Positions 1 through 12,882 are shown, counted from the stretch's first letter. The stretch is 64,000 nt of DNA from Candidatus Dojkabacteria bacterium (GCA_035444565.1 DAOMOX010000001.1:59987-123986); one strand, 5' to 3'. Notes: a model not told the origin generated them from the letters alone. Made by a program: numbers and translations.

Positions 1-14
1 TGCAAGACGGTGCT

Positions 15-788
15 ATGCTAGCAAGATTAAGTGAAGAAGTTGCAATGGTAGTTCCAAGTTCAGTATTTTCGAATCATTTCCATGATGGATATGGGGTAGT
101 AGAAAGAGGTGGATTCCCCTGGAAAGTTATTCCTGCACAAACCAAGCAAGGTTATGAATTAATTCCCCCAAAAGAATATTACAGGATAGATTTCAGACAA
201 ATATCAGAAGTTTATGTACCTGAATATGCATCAGTTCAAGGAGGACAAGTTGGAGTTCGTTTTCAATGGGACATCACAGGAAACAAACCTTCATTAAGGT
301 TGTTTGACATAAGTTGCGCGGGTACCGCAGCAAATAAAACTAGATTTATACGGGCAAAAGACGATCCACAATATTTTAAACCCAGTCAATTTGGAGTTAA
401 CCTACAAAACACAAGTGTATTTAAACCTCTAAAAGCTCCTGCTTTGCTTCCACATCCCCGAATAGTTTACGACTTCAACGAGAGCGATTTACAAACACAA
501 AAGAGTGCAAATCCAGAGGATAAACTTAGTGGAAAGTATTACGTTGGAAGTGGAGGACAGCAAATTATTTTTCCAGGTCCTTCAACAAATAATTCCGTAT
601 CTTCTATGACCTTTAATGTTGAAGTATCAAGTATTGAATATACGATAAATTCAATCTTTGATGATAATACTATAGGTATACATCTCAGGATTCCACTTGT
701 TGTTGAAGATTTTCGTAATCCTCATATTGACATAAGGTCAGTAGATAGGTTCATTGGAAATATTGCATCAATTATCCTTCCAAAGTAA
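15..788 (+). CDS. hypothetical protein; may be the 3' part of a gene that starts before the window
   Basis: Long ORF with coding-like composition. No motif I recognise. The ATG at 15 may be internal. Confidence 0.4.
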   Translation: MLARLSEEVAMVVPSSVFSNHFHDGYGVVERGGFPWKVIPAQTKQGYELIPPKEYYRIDFRQISEVYVPEYASVQGGQVGVRFQWDITGNKPSLRLFDISCAGTAANKTRFIRAKDDPQYFKPSQFGVNLQNTSVFKPLKAPALLPHPRIVYDFNESDLQTQKSANPEDKLSGKYYVGSGGQQIIFPGPSTNNSVSSMTFNVEVSSIEYTINSIFDDNTIGIHLRIPLVVEDFRNPHIDIRSVDRFIGNIASIILPK

Positions 789-858
789 CCTAAGAAATAA
801 ATTAAATTGAATCAAGAAAAGAGTATAATATAGTAATCTTATTTTTTACCCCCTATAA

Positions 859-1233
859 ATGAACAAATCCCAAAACGGATATCTCGACAACATTGAGCGA
901 GAAACTGAGGAGAATACCAGTTACAGAAAAGTTCTTTTTACTGGTGAATACTCACAATTAGTTTTGATGTCGCTTAAACCAGGCGAAGAAATCGGAAAAG
1001 AAGTACATGAAGGCCACGATCAATTTTTCAGAATCGAGACTGGTGAAGCCGAAGTTTTAATCGGAGACGAAGTCTTAAAAGCTGGTGCAGATGATGCAAT
1101 TATTATTCCATCAGGAGTGAAGCATAACGTCACCAATATCTCGGAGACTGAAGATTTGAGATTATATACTATATACTCACCTGCAGAGCATGCGGATGGA
1201 CTTGAGCAGGTGGAAAAACCGGAGGAAGATTGA
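859..1233 (+). CDS. cupin domain protein
   Basis: 124 aa. Two-His cupin motifs 'GEEIGKEVHEGHDQFF' and 'IIPSGVKHNVTN'. Preceded by an AT-rich promoter-like region. Confidence 0.65.
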   Translation: MNKSQNGYLDNIERETEENTSYRKVLFTGEYSQLVLMSLKPGEEIGKEVHEGHDQFFRIETGEAEVLIGDEVLKAGADDAIIIPSGVKHNVTNISETEDLRLYTIYSPAEHADGLEQVEKPEED

Positions 1234-1280
1234 GGAATTAAGAGATTAAGGGATTAAGGAATTAAGAAATTAAGAGATAA
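1234..1280. repeat. Tandem 7-8 nt repeat (attaagRga), about 6 copies
   Basis: gaggaattaagagattaagggattaaggaattaagaaattaagagataa, directly after the cupin stop codon. Confidence 0.8.
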
Positions 1281-1328
1281 TTTTATTGGAGTTGGATTAG
1301 ATCTGAAATTGTGAGTTCGGAATGATTG

Positions 1329-3083
1329 CTACTTTCTGAGTTTTACTTTTAACATTCGAAAGTGTTCTCTCTTTAGCTTATTCCCATTTATTACGAAGAA
1401 TCCGACAGACATTAATACTAGCCCTACCAATGGCGACTCAACAAGAGTATTCCCAGTATCTACAAGATCCACATTTATTCCCAACGTCATCTGAGGATAA
1501 GTTATCACTTCCCCTCCCACAGTCGTCGCAGTAATTGTCACTGTATGAAGTCCATCTTCAATGTATGCGAAAGTACACTCGAAATTACCATCAACATCGG
1601 CTGTAGTTTCGCAAATTTTAGGATCTGAGTTTACTACAATTCTTACAAAAGCTAGAGGGTGGGTTATTCCAGTAAATTTGATGTTATTGTTACCTTGGTA
1701 ATAGTATGCAAATACATTTTTGAGGACTTCAATTGCATTTATGTTGGTGATTTTAAGACTCACAGATGTTGAAGGTATGATTGTTGGTATAGAGGTGGGT
1801 GTAATTGTAGGCACTATAGTCGGAGTAGGTAATTGTGAATTTATATCAAACATCATCAACTTTGTTGAATTCTCACTGCCTGTAGGATTGAAAAAGAATT
1901 TATCGTTTATAATTTTATAGTTCCAAATATCAGTATGACCATTTGTGTTTAAGTCGACACCTAAAAATGTACCTTCCGTAGTACCATCACTTACCCATAT
2001 TTCTTGGCCGTGTACTCCATCATCTATCAGAAGGTAAAGTTTTTGGTTAAAGGTTTTCATAAAACTTGCAGGATTTCCCGTCCAAGTCTTTATTAGGGAT
2101 AATCCTGTCTCGGTTCCATCGGTTTTCCATAGTTCGGTAGAATTAGCAATAAAATATAATTCACTATCCAGTGTATTAAATGCATTTGGAGCACTACCTG
2201 TTATAGGGTTAATGTCATGAACTAAAACCGTTCCATCCTGACTCCCGTCCGTTTTCCACAACTCATTACCTTCTAAGAGGGTATTCGCAGTGAAATATAA
2301 TTCGTTCTTGTAATAATAAAAATTATTTGGATCTGAGGTATTAAAGGTATTGATATTTTTCACCATTGTTGTGCCAGATTCGGTTCCATCTGTTCTCCAT
2401 AATTCTTTATCGCCATCAGTATCCTCAGCTGAGAAGTACATAAAGCCATTATATTCTGCTAACTCCAAATAGTAACTTGAATTATAATTCTTGAAATTAC
2501 CCGATTCATTTATATCTTTTAATAATCTTGTTCCTAAGGTAGTACCATCAGAAACCCAAAGCTCATTTCCATGTACACAATCATATGCTGAGAAGTAGAG
2601 TAAATCATTCACCCCAAATTGCATATTTGTGTTATAACCTCCGTTATTCAATTCCAGCGACATCAGTCCAAATGGATCTTGTTTTGAACCATCTGGCCCA
2701 ATATAGATATCTTTCACCAATACGGTTCCTGATGGGGTTCCATCTGTTTTCCAAAGTTCACGCCCATGTGTTCCATCGTCAGCATAAAACATTAGTTCAT
2801 TTCCCGTATTTTGAAAAGCAAAGGGCATTGATGAAGAAATCCCAGGATTAATGTCTTTCACTATGTAAGTGCCTTGTTCCGTTCCATCAGTTCTCCATAA
2901 TTCTTCACCATTAATTGCATCAAAATTACTAAAATAGAGTACGGAATTAAACTCTGTCGCATTTAAGAAAGTTGAATTACTGGGAGAATCCGTAGCGAGT
3001 GTTGTTACCCTTAAAGTTCCATTCGAAGTACCGTCTGATTTCCATAACTCGTAACTTCCTTCTGCCCATCGAACAAAATACAA
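1329..3083 (-). CDS. Secreted ELWxxDGT-repeat surface protein with PT-rich linker, Ig-like C-terminal region and sortase-like sorting signal (LVDTG, TM helix, basic tail)
   Basis: At least 11 repeats of 'ELWKTDGTxxGT'. PT-rich linker 'PTPTIVPTITPTSIPTIIPS'. C-terminus 'LVDTGN..LVGLVLMSVGFFV..KLKREHFRMLKVKLRK'. The ORF begins on a TTG. Confidence 0.6.
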   Translation of the reverse strand: MYFVRWAEGSYELWKSDGTSNGTLRVTTLATDSPSNSTFLNATEFNSVLYFSNFDAINGEELWRTDGTEQGTYIVKDINPGISSSMPFAFQNTGNELMFYADDGTHGRELWKTDGTPSGTVLVKDIYIGPDGSKQDPFGLMSLELNNGGYNTNMQFGVNDLLYFSAYDCVHGNELWVSDGTTLGTRLLKDINESGNFKNYNSSYYLELAEYNGFMYFSAEDTDGDKELWRTDGTESGTTMVKNINTFNTSDPNNFYYYKNELYFTANTLLEGNELWKTDGSQDGTVLVHDINPITGSAPNAFNTLDSELYFIANSTELWKTDGTETGLSLIKTWTGNPASFMKTFNQKLYLLIDDGVHGQEIWVSDGTTEGTFLGVDLNTNGHTDIWNYKIINDKFFFNPTGSENSTKLMMFDINSQLPTPTIVPTITPTSIPTIIPSTSVSLKITNINAIEVLKNVFAYYYQGNNNIKFTGITHPLAFVRIVVNSDPKICETTADVDGNFECTFAYIEDGLHTVTITATTVGGEVITYPQMTLGINVDLVDTGNTLVESPLVGLVLMSVGFFVINGNKLKREHFRMLKVKLRK

Positions 3084-3137
3084 AGTTTCATTTAACTCGG
3101 AGAAATGTAAAATATATGACTCGTTCGATTCATCTAT

Positions 3138-3239
3138 TTATTTTACAAGTACTGGAATTATCTCGGAAGCTGAAACTTTATTTATAAACGACAAAGAAAG
3201 TATAATGGAGACAAAAAAAACAAAGACTAATTTTTTCAT
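3138..3239 (-). CDS. Signal-peptide mini-ORF (MKKLVFVFFVSIILSLSFINKVSASE...) in a different frame directly upstream of the ELWxxDGT protein; likely the frameshifted 5' end of that gene
   Basis: 33-aa ORF with a classic n-h-c signal peptide. Its stop lies 55 nt upstream of the TTG of the body ORF, in a different frame. Confidence 0.45.
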   Translation of the reverse strand: MKKLVFVFFVSIILSLSFINKVSASEIIPVLVK

Positions 3240-3368
3240 TTTACGATAAGTTGAATTATCATTTATTATCTAACAATTCAAAAAATCTTACAAACTAGTA
3301 AACTACTGATTACGTTATATTCAGAATATATTTCGGAAACAGAAATTATTCCAGAAGTTAACCTTTGG

Positions 3369-6024
<2,656 letters not shown>

Positions 6025-7479
6025 TTAATCTAGATATGATTTAATAATAGTGTTAATTTCTTCGGCTAATTCACCTTCTACTTTTTCTTTACCTGTGTTC
6101 AATCTTTCCCAAACCTTTGGATATTTAGTCTTTAATGTAAGAATAATTTGCTTTTTCCAAGGTCCAATTTCATTCAATGGCATTTCATCAAGGAATCCCT
6201 GACTTGCTGAGTACATAATCACTATCTGCTCAGGAGCTGGTAGTGGATTGTACTGAGCTTGTTTGACTGCTTCGGTGATATGTTCACCTCGAATCAATTG
6301 AGCTTTTGTAGCTTCATCAAGTTCTGAACCTAATTGAGCGAATACTGCCAATTCTCTAAATTGTGCAAGATCAAGTTTAACTTTACCAGCAACACTTTTC
6401 ATCGTTTTTGTTTGAGCAGCACCTCCGACACGAGATACTGAAAGACCTACGTTAAGTGCAGGTTTCTGACCAGCGTTGAATAAATCTTGATCAAGATAAA
6501 TCTGACCGTCTGTAATAGAGATAACGTTTGTAGGAATGTATGCTGACAAGTCGTTTGCTTGAGTTTCAATGATTGGAAGTGTCGTAATCGAGCCTCCACC
6601 AAGAGCATCAGAATACTGCAGTGCTCTCTCTAGTAGTCTTGAGTGAAGATAAAAAACATCTCCAGGATAAGCCTCTCTACCAGAAGGTCTTTTCAATAAT
6701 AACGACATTTGTCTATATGCATTTGCATGCTTGGTAAGATCATCTATAACAACAAGAACATCCTGGCCTTTTTCTGCAAAATATTCTGCAATGGCAGTAC
6801 CTGCGTATGGAGCTAGATATTGTTGTGTTGCTGGATCATTTGCAGATGCTACAACTACTGTTGTGTATTCCATCGCATCTTTTTCTTTCAATTTTCTGAC
6901 AATATTTGCAACATTTGAAGCTTTCTGACCGACTGCTACATAAACACATAGGCAGTTTTTGCCCTTTTGGTTGATAATAGCATCCACTGCGATAGCGGTT
7001 TTACCAGTCTGTCTGTCTCCGATAATTAATTGCCTTTGTCCTCTACCAATTGGAATCAAAGCATCAATAACTAAAATTCCAGTTTCTATAGGTCTTTCGA
7101 CATCTTTTCTCTCGATGACACCAGGAGCTTTCTTCTCCATAGGCATCATTTTCGCATCTTGACCATATTGAATCTCAACACTACTGTCTTGAACTTCTCC
7201 TAAAACATTGATTACTCTTCCGAGAACATTGTCATCGACTTTAATTGAAGGTAATTCCCCAGTTGATTCTACGCTTTGGCCTTGCATTACTTCGTCAAGG
7301 TGATCGATCATAACTCCTTTTACGACATCTTCTTCGAGGTTCAATGCTAAAGCTCTAGCGTATTTATTTTCATCAATTTTGACTCTAATTAACTCACCAG
7401 CACCTACAGACGACAATCCTGATACTGTAACAATACCTTCATCAATCGAGATTACTTTTCCAGTCGTTACATTTGCCAT
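6025..7479 (-). CDS. atpA: F0F1 ATP synthase alpha subunit
   Basis: 484 aa. Walker A 'GDRQTGKT', and conserved 'ITDGQIYL' and 'SVSRVGGAAQ' blocks. Confidence 0.95.
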   Translation of the reverse strand: MANVTTGKVISIDEGIVTVSGLSSVGAGELIRVKIDENKYARALALNLEEDVVKGVMIDHLDEVMQGQSVESTGELPSIKVDDNVLGRVINVLGEVQDSSVEIQYGQDAKMMPMEKKAPGVIERKDVERPIETGILVIDALIPIGRGQRQLIIGDRQTGKTAIAVDAIINQKGKNCLCVYVAVGQKASNVANIVRKLKEKDAMEYTTVVVASANDPATQQYLAPYAGTAIAEYFAEKGQDVLVVIDDLTKHANAYRQMSLLLKRPSGREAYPGDVFYLHSRLLERALQYSDALGGGSITTLPIIETQANDLSAYIPTNVISITDGQIYLDQDLFNAGQKPALNVGLSVSRVGGAAQTKTMKSVAGKVKLDLAQFRELAVFAQLGSELDEATKAQLIRGEHITEAVKQAQYNPLPAPEQIVIMYSASQGFLDEMPLNEIGPWKKQIILTLKTKYPKVWERLNTGKEKVEGELAEEINTIIKSYLD

Positions 7480-7500
7480 TTTTTTGTATGCTAATAATTA

Positions 7501-7863
7501 TTATGCTGATTTTTGTTTTTTGGCGATAAGCTCTTTTACCTCATCCAACATAGTCTTTGACTTTTCTTTTGCTGTTTCTACAATTGATTTTGCCTCTGTA
7601 TTAGCTTGGCTAATAATTTCCTCTGCTTGTAGTTCCGCTTTCTCTATCAATTTTGCTTCTTTCTCCTTTGCTTCCTTTTCTAGCTCTGCTTTGTGCATTT
7701 CGATTTCTGCTTGGAGTTTAAGATTGTCCTCAAGAAGCTTTTTTCGAGCATTGATATTCTTCAAAAGTGGAGGTACGAGAAATTTATTCAACACTACAAA
7801 TAGAACTGCGAACAGTACTAGATATATGATGAAACTTAGTAAATTGAATCCTAGTGCTTGCAT
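7501..7863 (-). CDS. atpF: F0 ATP synthase b subunit (short, 120 aa)
   Basis: N-terminal TM helix then a charged coiled coil ('LNKFLVPPLLKNINARKKLLEDNL'). Only 22 nt separate it from atpA, leaving no room for a delta gene. Confidence 0.8.
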   Translation of the reverse strand: MQALGFNLLSFIIYLVLFAVLFVVLNKFLVPPLLKNINARKKLLEDNLKLQAEIEMHKAELEKEAKEKEAKLIEKAELQAEEIISQANTEAKSIVETAKEKSKTMLDEVKELIAKKQKSA

Positions 7864-7882
7864 GATAATTTTTGTTTAATAA

Positions 7883-8131
<249 letters not shown>

Positions 8132-8145
8132 TTAAAAAATATTAA

Positions 8146-9081
8146 TTATGAATGATGATGTTCGATTGCCAAATTGATAAAGACAGCCGTTAACATGAAA
8201 AATACTAACGCCTGAATAACCCCCACGAATAATTCGAGTCCGAGGAAAGGCAATGTTGCGACACCGAATGAAATTGCTGTAATAACCACGAGCAGAACCT
8301 CTCCTGCGAAGATGTTTCCAAACAACCTGAAAGAGAAAGATACAATCTTTCCAATTTCTGAAATTAATTCCAGAATACCGACTACAAAGTTAATAGGACC
8401 GTTGAAGTTAATGTATTTGCTCAAGTAAGCGAGTTTATTTGTTTTGAATCCGATAAAGTTTGTGACCAATACTGAGATAAGTGCTAGTGCAATACCTGCG
8501 GAAAGATCCGCAGTTGGAGCTCTAAACATATGTGTGAAGCTACCGGTTGTGATTCCTGAAGTAGTCAAATAGCATTTGCCCTTTAATAGACATCCGAAAG
8601 TTGGTTCTACTTCTTCTTCGACTGTAGCTGTTTCTGATAATACTGCACCTCCATCTGTGTTTTCGATTATTTCTGAATTAGAAGATGCAGTGTATTCGAC
8701 GCTTGTCTCTTCGGTATGTTCTTCTTCACCAACTAGACCAATTGAAGATATTCCAGGCAGAAGTGGGAACCAGTTTGAAACTAAGATGAAAACGAAAAAT
8801 GTGAGTAAAAAGGAGAAATATTTCAATGCGTTTTTCTCTCCCATAATGCTCTCGACCAAACCGAACAGTCCACCTATGAACATTTCTAGAAACAATTCAA
8901 ACTTTGAAGGCTTGAGTGCGTTAAAGTTCTTACTAAATATGACTATCAAGATGATAGTCGGAATCAACACAAATAATGCTGTGTAGAGTGAGTTCGTGAT
9001 TCCTTGGGAAAAAAGATTGAATAAAACTTCTGGTTGAAAACTGATATGTACTTCCACGGTTAAAAATAGCTTAAGGAGCAT
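8146..9081 (-). CDS. atpB: F0 ATP synthase a subunit with an acidic ~70-aa insertion
   Basis: Conserved 'FSFRLFGNIFAGEVLL' arginine motif. An E/T/S-rich insertion ('GEEEHTEETSVEYTASSNSEIIENTD...') lies between TM helices. Confidence 0.85.
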   Translation of the reverse strand: MLLKLFLTVEVHISFQPEVLFNLFSQGITNSLYTALFVLIPTIILIVIFSKNFNALKPSKFELFLEMFIGGLFGLVESIMGEKNALKYFSFLLTFFVFILVSNWFPLLPGISSIGLVGEEEHTEETSVEYTASSNSEIIENTDGGAVLSETATVEEEVEPTFGCLLKGKCYLTTSGITTGSFTHMFRAPTADLSAGIALALISVLVTNFIGFKTNKLAYLSKYINFNGPINFVVGILELISEIGKIVSFSFRLFGNIFAGEVLLVVITAISFGVATLPFLGLELFVGVIQALVFFMLTAVFINLAIEHHHS

Positions 9082-9172
9082 AGTAGCACAAAGGGCATCA
9101 AATGGGCAATGGGGTTGGAGAGGAATATTGAGAATTCAGAATTCACACATTAAGCCTGCAATTCTATCCAAA

Positions 9173-9421
9173 TTACTCTAGATTTTGATTTGGGTTCCAT
9201 TCAACTTTTGTTTCTTCCATAACTAGATATGCTGATGCAGCTTTCATTAAAGTTTTTCCCATGAAATCCAACGTACCTACTGTATAGGTATCAATTGGTA
9301 AAGTACTTTCTTCTGATGTAGGTATACCCCCCTTACTGATTGACATGACTGTCGTAGCTTTAAGAGTTTTTACACGTTGACCATCGGGAACTTCATTTAA
9401 ATCATAAATATTACCTTCCAT
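9173..9421 (-). CDS. hypothetical protein
   Basis: 82-aa ORF, coding-like composition. Confidence 0.35.
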   Translation of the reverse strand: MEGNIYDLNEVPDGQRVKTLKATTVMSISKGGIPTSEESTLPIDTYTVGTLDFMGKTLMKAASAYLVMEETKVEWNPNQNLE

Positions 9422-9522
9422 GAACTTTTTTCTAATATGTATATAAGGATTATACGCTATACACTAGTATTTACAAACTCAGATTATTCTTAAATATAAG
9501 GATACAATACTCAGGGAATTAA

Positions 9523-10614
9523 CTAATTTGGATTTCTTAACAATCTTTCAGCAATTATCCTAAAAGTATCTCGTAAATTACTTCTTATCTTTTTTGAATT
9601 GTCTACCTCCCTAACTTGTGCCCATATCTGCGATTCTGTAGGAGTGGTAATAACATTTAATTCCATATCGTCAGGTATGACAAAGTCCTTTGGATGAATA
9701 TCATTCTCCATAAAATTACGTGAGTCTCTAAAAACTCCTTTCAAGATTGGCCTCCCCTCATGTAAATCTATAGCAAATACTGTCTCTTCAATTACATCTT
9801 CAGGAAGTACTCTGCCATCTTCTAAAATCCTGCGTCCTTTAGATTCTTGTGGTAGTTTGACCAAACTTCCCAATGGTAGTTCATTTATTAATCCCCAGTA
9901 TTCCTGTTCTTGAAAGGGTTCTACTGGCGCTCCTACTTCCCAACAACTAGCCCATAAATTTGCCTCTTCGGGGATTGTTACTATTCCCACTATCAAATCG
10001 TCTGGGAGTATATAAGTTATTTCAATATTATTAGTACCCGCTCTCATGGTCGTTAGAGTATGACCTCTATTGGACATACCAACTAAGTAATCCTTATCAG
10101 ACTTCTGTAGTGCATGTACTACTTCGTTTGAATCTTCACCCCTAAATAATTGGCTAAATCTTTCCCCAAAAAGTCTCACGACACTTCCTACAGGGACCCA
10201 CTGCATCTGAGTTTTATATTGAGGATTTGATTCAGGAATTATACTTTTATAAGTTAGATTATATATTTCATTAGAGTCATGTGGCCCCATCGTCGCACAT
10301 ACCCCACCACTGGCAACACATTCCTCACATCTTTCACTCAAATCTAAGGGACCAACTATTCTTAATGTAGATCCCGGGCTGGGAGAAAAAGTCTTAGAGG
10401 AGTAATTATCTGGCGAAACAGTCCCATTATGAGAAGGTTTACCAAGTGTTCCGAAAGGACCATTTGAGATGCAATTTACAGTGGTGCAATGACTTACTTC
10501 AATTGGTAATGTTTTTGTGGTGACTACATAAGTAACACCCTCTTGCAGAAGTGAAGAATCTTCAGGAAGTGAAGGGAACAATTGGGATATCTCTACAAGT
10601 TCGGTTTCATCCAT
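9523..10614 (-). CDS. hypothetical protein (363 aa, Cys-rich N-terminal region)
   Basis: Long ORF. No motif recognised. Confidence 0.5.
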   Translation of the reverse strand: MDETELVEISQLFPSLPEDSSLLQEGVTYVVTTKTLPIEVSHCTTVNCISNGPFGTLGKPSHNGTVSPDNYSSKTFSPSPGSTLRIVGPLDLSERCEECVASGGVCATMGPHDSNEIYNLTYKSIIPESNPQYKTQMQWVPVGSVVRLFGERFSQLFRGEDSNEVVHALQKSDKDYLVGMSNRGHTLTTMRAGTNNIEITYILPDDLIVGIVTIPEEANLWASCWEVGAPVEPFQEQEYWGLINELPLGSLVKLPQESKGRRILEDGRVLPEDVIEETVFAIDLHEGRPILKGVFRDSRNFMENDIHPKDFVIPDDMELNVITTPTESQIWAQVREVDNSKKIRSNLRDTFRIIAERLLRNPN

Positions 10615-10745
10615 AATCTAAATTAGTCAACGCAGATTATACATTTATTTGACTAATTTCGGCAAAATTTTATGCATAAATCCTTATCAATCCATACCTC
10701 AATACTTCCAGATTTAGAATTATTATAATTTATATAAAAACCTTC

Positions 10746-11015
10746 TTAACTTGGACGAACTCCTGGAATTACGTGATGTACGACTCCATATTCATCTTTC
10801 TCAGCAGTGCTAACGGAATCCACAACGTTTCCTCCTGCTTTAATTACATGCACAGTGTGTTCACCAGGCTTTGGAGCACCTAGCATGGATGATATAAATC
10901 CTCCCAGTGCATTCACAACAGCGTACCCAGAACAAGCCACTTTTGTTTCGGGCTCTACAGGTAAAGTATCTGGTAGCATAATGGGAAAATAAAAATTAGA
11001 AATACGTGATAACAC
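10746..11015 (-). CDS. hypothetical protein
   Basis: 89-aa ORF. Confidence 0.35.
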   Translation of the reverse strand: MLSRISNFYFPIMLPDTLPVEPETKVACSGYAVVNALGGFISSMLGAPKPGEHTVHVIKAGGNVVDSVSTAEKDEYGVVHHVIPGVRPS

Positions 11016-11193
11016 ACCGTTAACGTAAAGATTCGTTAGTAATTACAATAATGAAGATGGATTTGAGAGAATAGATAAAGAAAAAATGAATACGGATAGA
11101 AGGGAGATTAATCAGTAGAATTAGAAACCAGTTCTTGGAATTTCTCTCGTAGTCCTATTTCACTTGAACTATGTATTTATAATATGGTTGAAT

Positions 11194-11571
11194 TTAAACT
11201 TCTCGAGCTACGATTACATGAGCCATTGGAGACATAAAGAAGATTCCTTCTTCACTTCCTATCTTAATAAATTTGCCATCGATTGTTTTCCCTAACACCA
11301 TTCCAATACCTGAAACGTAACGCCCCAATCTAACCGATTGAAATGGGTCTCCGTAATTAAAAAGTTGAAAATCTTCCTCACTTATCCCACTAATGTCTGG
11401 ACATAGACACTCGCATCCAGATTCTAGGGAAATTAAAGGAACATAGCCAAAACGACCTGAATCATTTCCCAATTTCTTCATTTCCCCGGGATATTTTTCT
11501 AAAAAAAATAATATCAAATTGTCAGTTGGAGTCTCTCCAAGCATTATTAATATATGATGATATTTAATCAT
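11194..11571 (-). CDS. hypothetical protein
   Basis: 125-aa ORF. Confidence 0.4.
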   Translation of the reverse strand: MIKYHHILIMLGETPTDNLILFFLEKYPGEMKKLGNDSGRFGYVPLISLESGCECLCPDISGISEEDFQLFNYGDPFQSVRLGRYVSGIGMVLGKTIDGKFIKIGSEEGIFFMSPMAHVIVAREV

Positions 11572-11640
11572 TATATCATCACAACATCTTATTTGGGAAG
11601 AATATCTAAAACACAGAATTCGGAATTAATATTTTACGTA

Positions 11641-12045
11641 TTAGGAATCTAATTCCTGTGAAATTTTGTTACTTTTCTTCGTGCTATAAATCAATAACCC
11701 AATCACCACTGAAAAAGTTACCAACTGAGGAAATGACGAAAGTAGTAATTTTGATTCGTCGTTCATCAAAGCGAGTATGGCAAAAATGAGAATATTTGTA
11801 ATAAGCGATAAAAGCGAGAATAATATAAACATATTATTCATTACCCCTCTGATTGCTTGAAATCCGAGAAACATTCCCAACAAGAAAATAACACCAGCAC
11901 TCTGATACCATGATATCGTTGCTATCAATTTAAGTTCAGATTGATCACTCGCAAATTCATTTAGGAAATTCTCTCTACCCCAGATAATATGTACAAATGA
12001 CATTAAAATTAAAATTGCACTGGAAATAAGTAGTGGCTTTTTCAT
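11641..12045 (-). CDS. integral membrane protein (4 predicted TM helices)
   Basis: 134 aa with a hydrophobic segment pattern. Confidence 0.5.
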   Translation of the reverse strand: MKKPLLISSAILILMSFVHIIWGRENFLNEFASDQSELKLIATISWYQSAGVIFLLGMFLGFQAIRGVMNNMFILFSLLSLITNILIFAILALMNDESKLLLSSFPQLVTFSVVIGLLIYSTKKSNKISQELDS

Positions 12046-12200
12046 AGTTATATTGATGATGAGTAACTAAGTATATGGGGAAATGATATTTGTATCAAGT
12101 TATTACCATTACGGTCATGAATCGAGAATGTCCATTTCGATTAAACTAGCAATCTAAAACTCAGATTAATTTAACCAAGTCCTGCTACATACTGTAATCC

Positions 12201-12485
12201 CTATGTGTGACCATGTTCTTCAAATCTTCGCTCATAAGGATTATTTGATGTAACAATATCCTCAAGAGGGATTTGACTTAAACCATGAATTAAACCTAAT
12301 AAAAAACATTCTTCTAACTCTTTTCTACTTTCATCTTCAAATCTATACCTCCTTGGTCCTATATCTATTTAGGAAGGTTCGTTCTGATATCTGGTATCGA
12401 ACTCTGCTTGGGCTGCTTCACTCCTTAGGATATTATCAATATCCCCATCATTTAACGAAGGTTTGCTGGGATTTAAATCTGGCAT
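12201..12485 (-). pseudogene. Small gene interrupted by a single in-frame TAA (38 aa + stop + 55 aa)
   Basis: 'MPDLNPSKPSLNDGDIDNILRSEAAQAEFDTRYQNEPS*IDIGPRRYRFEDESRKELEECFLLGLIHGLSQIPLEDIVTSNNPYERRFEEHGHT' reads through in one frame except for a TAA at 12370-12372. Confidence 0.35.
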
Positions 12486-12644
12486 AAATAAAGGATAAGA
12501 AATATATCGGGATTATACAGCTACATAACCAGATTGTAAAATCACTAGTGGCTTTTCTATTTATCACAGAAAAGATTGCTCGTCATTGTTATACTCCGAT
12601 CTTCAGTTCTTAATTTTGTTCCGAGTAAAGTTTCCCACTAAAAA

Positions 12645-12686
12645 CCTCAGTTTCTAGAACACTTTTTGATATAATCTATTTCGTGA
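12645..12686 (+). promoter_or_regulatory. Promoter-like repeat copy 1 (extended -10 'TGaTATAAT')
   Basis: 'cctcagtttctagaacactttttgatataatctatttcgtga' is 34/42 identical to the copy at 12834-12875. Extended -10 at 12667-12675. Confidence 0.45.
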
Positions 12687-12743
12687 TTTGTAGTTGTATC
12701 CCGTACAAATTCACTCACAAGTTCGCTCTTTTACGGGACACTC

Positions 12744-12762
12744 CCCCGGATTAAATCCGGGG
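12744..12762. repeat. Perfect hairpin CCCCGGAT-taa-ATCCGGGG inside a possibly structured ~150-nt intergenic transcript
   Basis: Palindrome seen directly. An upstream 7-bp stem 'tcccgta...tacggga' (12699-12742) and downstream 'gatttaatcccgg' echo it. Confidence 0.5.
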
Positions 12763-12833
12763 TTGTTACACCTCATTTTGTTTCTTCGTTCCTTGTTCAG
12801 TGATTTAATCCCGGACAATTTTCTTATTTAATC

Positions 12834-12875
12834 CCTCAGTTTCTAGTTTACAATTTGATATAATCTCTTACGTGA
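12834..12875 (+). promoter_or_regulatory. Promoter-like repeat copy 2, directly upstream of the tRNA-His 5' fragment, hairpin and GIY-YIG gene
   Basis: 'cctcagtttctagtttacaatttgatataatctcttacgtga'. Confidence 0.45.
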
Positions 12876-12882
12876 CAAATTT

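Noticed and set aside
1234-1280. Possible CRISPR array (short tandem repeats)
   Set aside because: The units are 7-8 nt and directly tandem with no spacers. No cas genes are present. No other CRISPR-like periodic repeats were seen anywhere in the window.
7501-7863. b-delta fusion to explain the missing atpH
   Set aside because: The ORF is only 120 aa, shorter than a normal b subunit, so it cannot contain a delta domain.
12686-12800. Possible tRNA-Leu(UAA) built around the hairpin cccgg-attaaat-ccggg
   Set aside because: No acceptable T arm (GTTC-like loop) or acceptor stem can be drawn. The segment is kept only as a candidate structured RNA.
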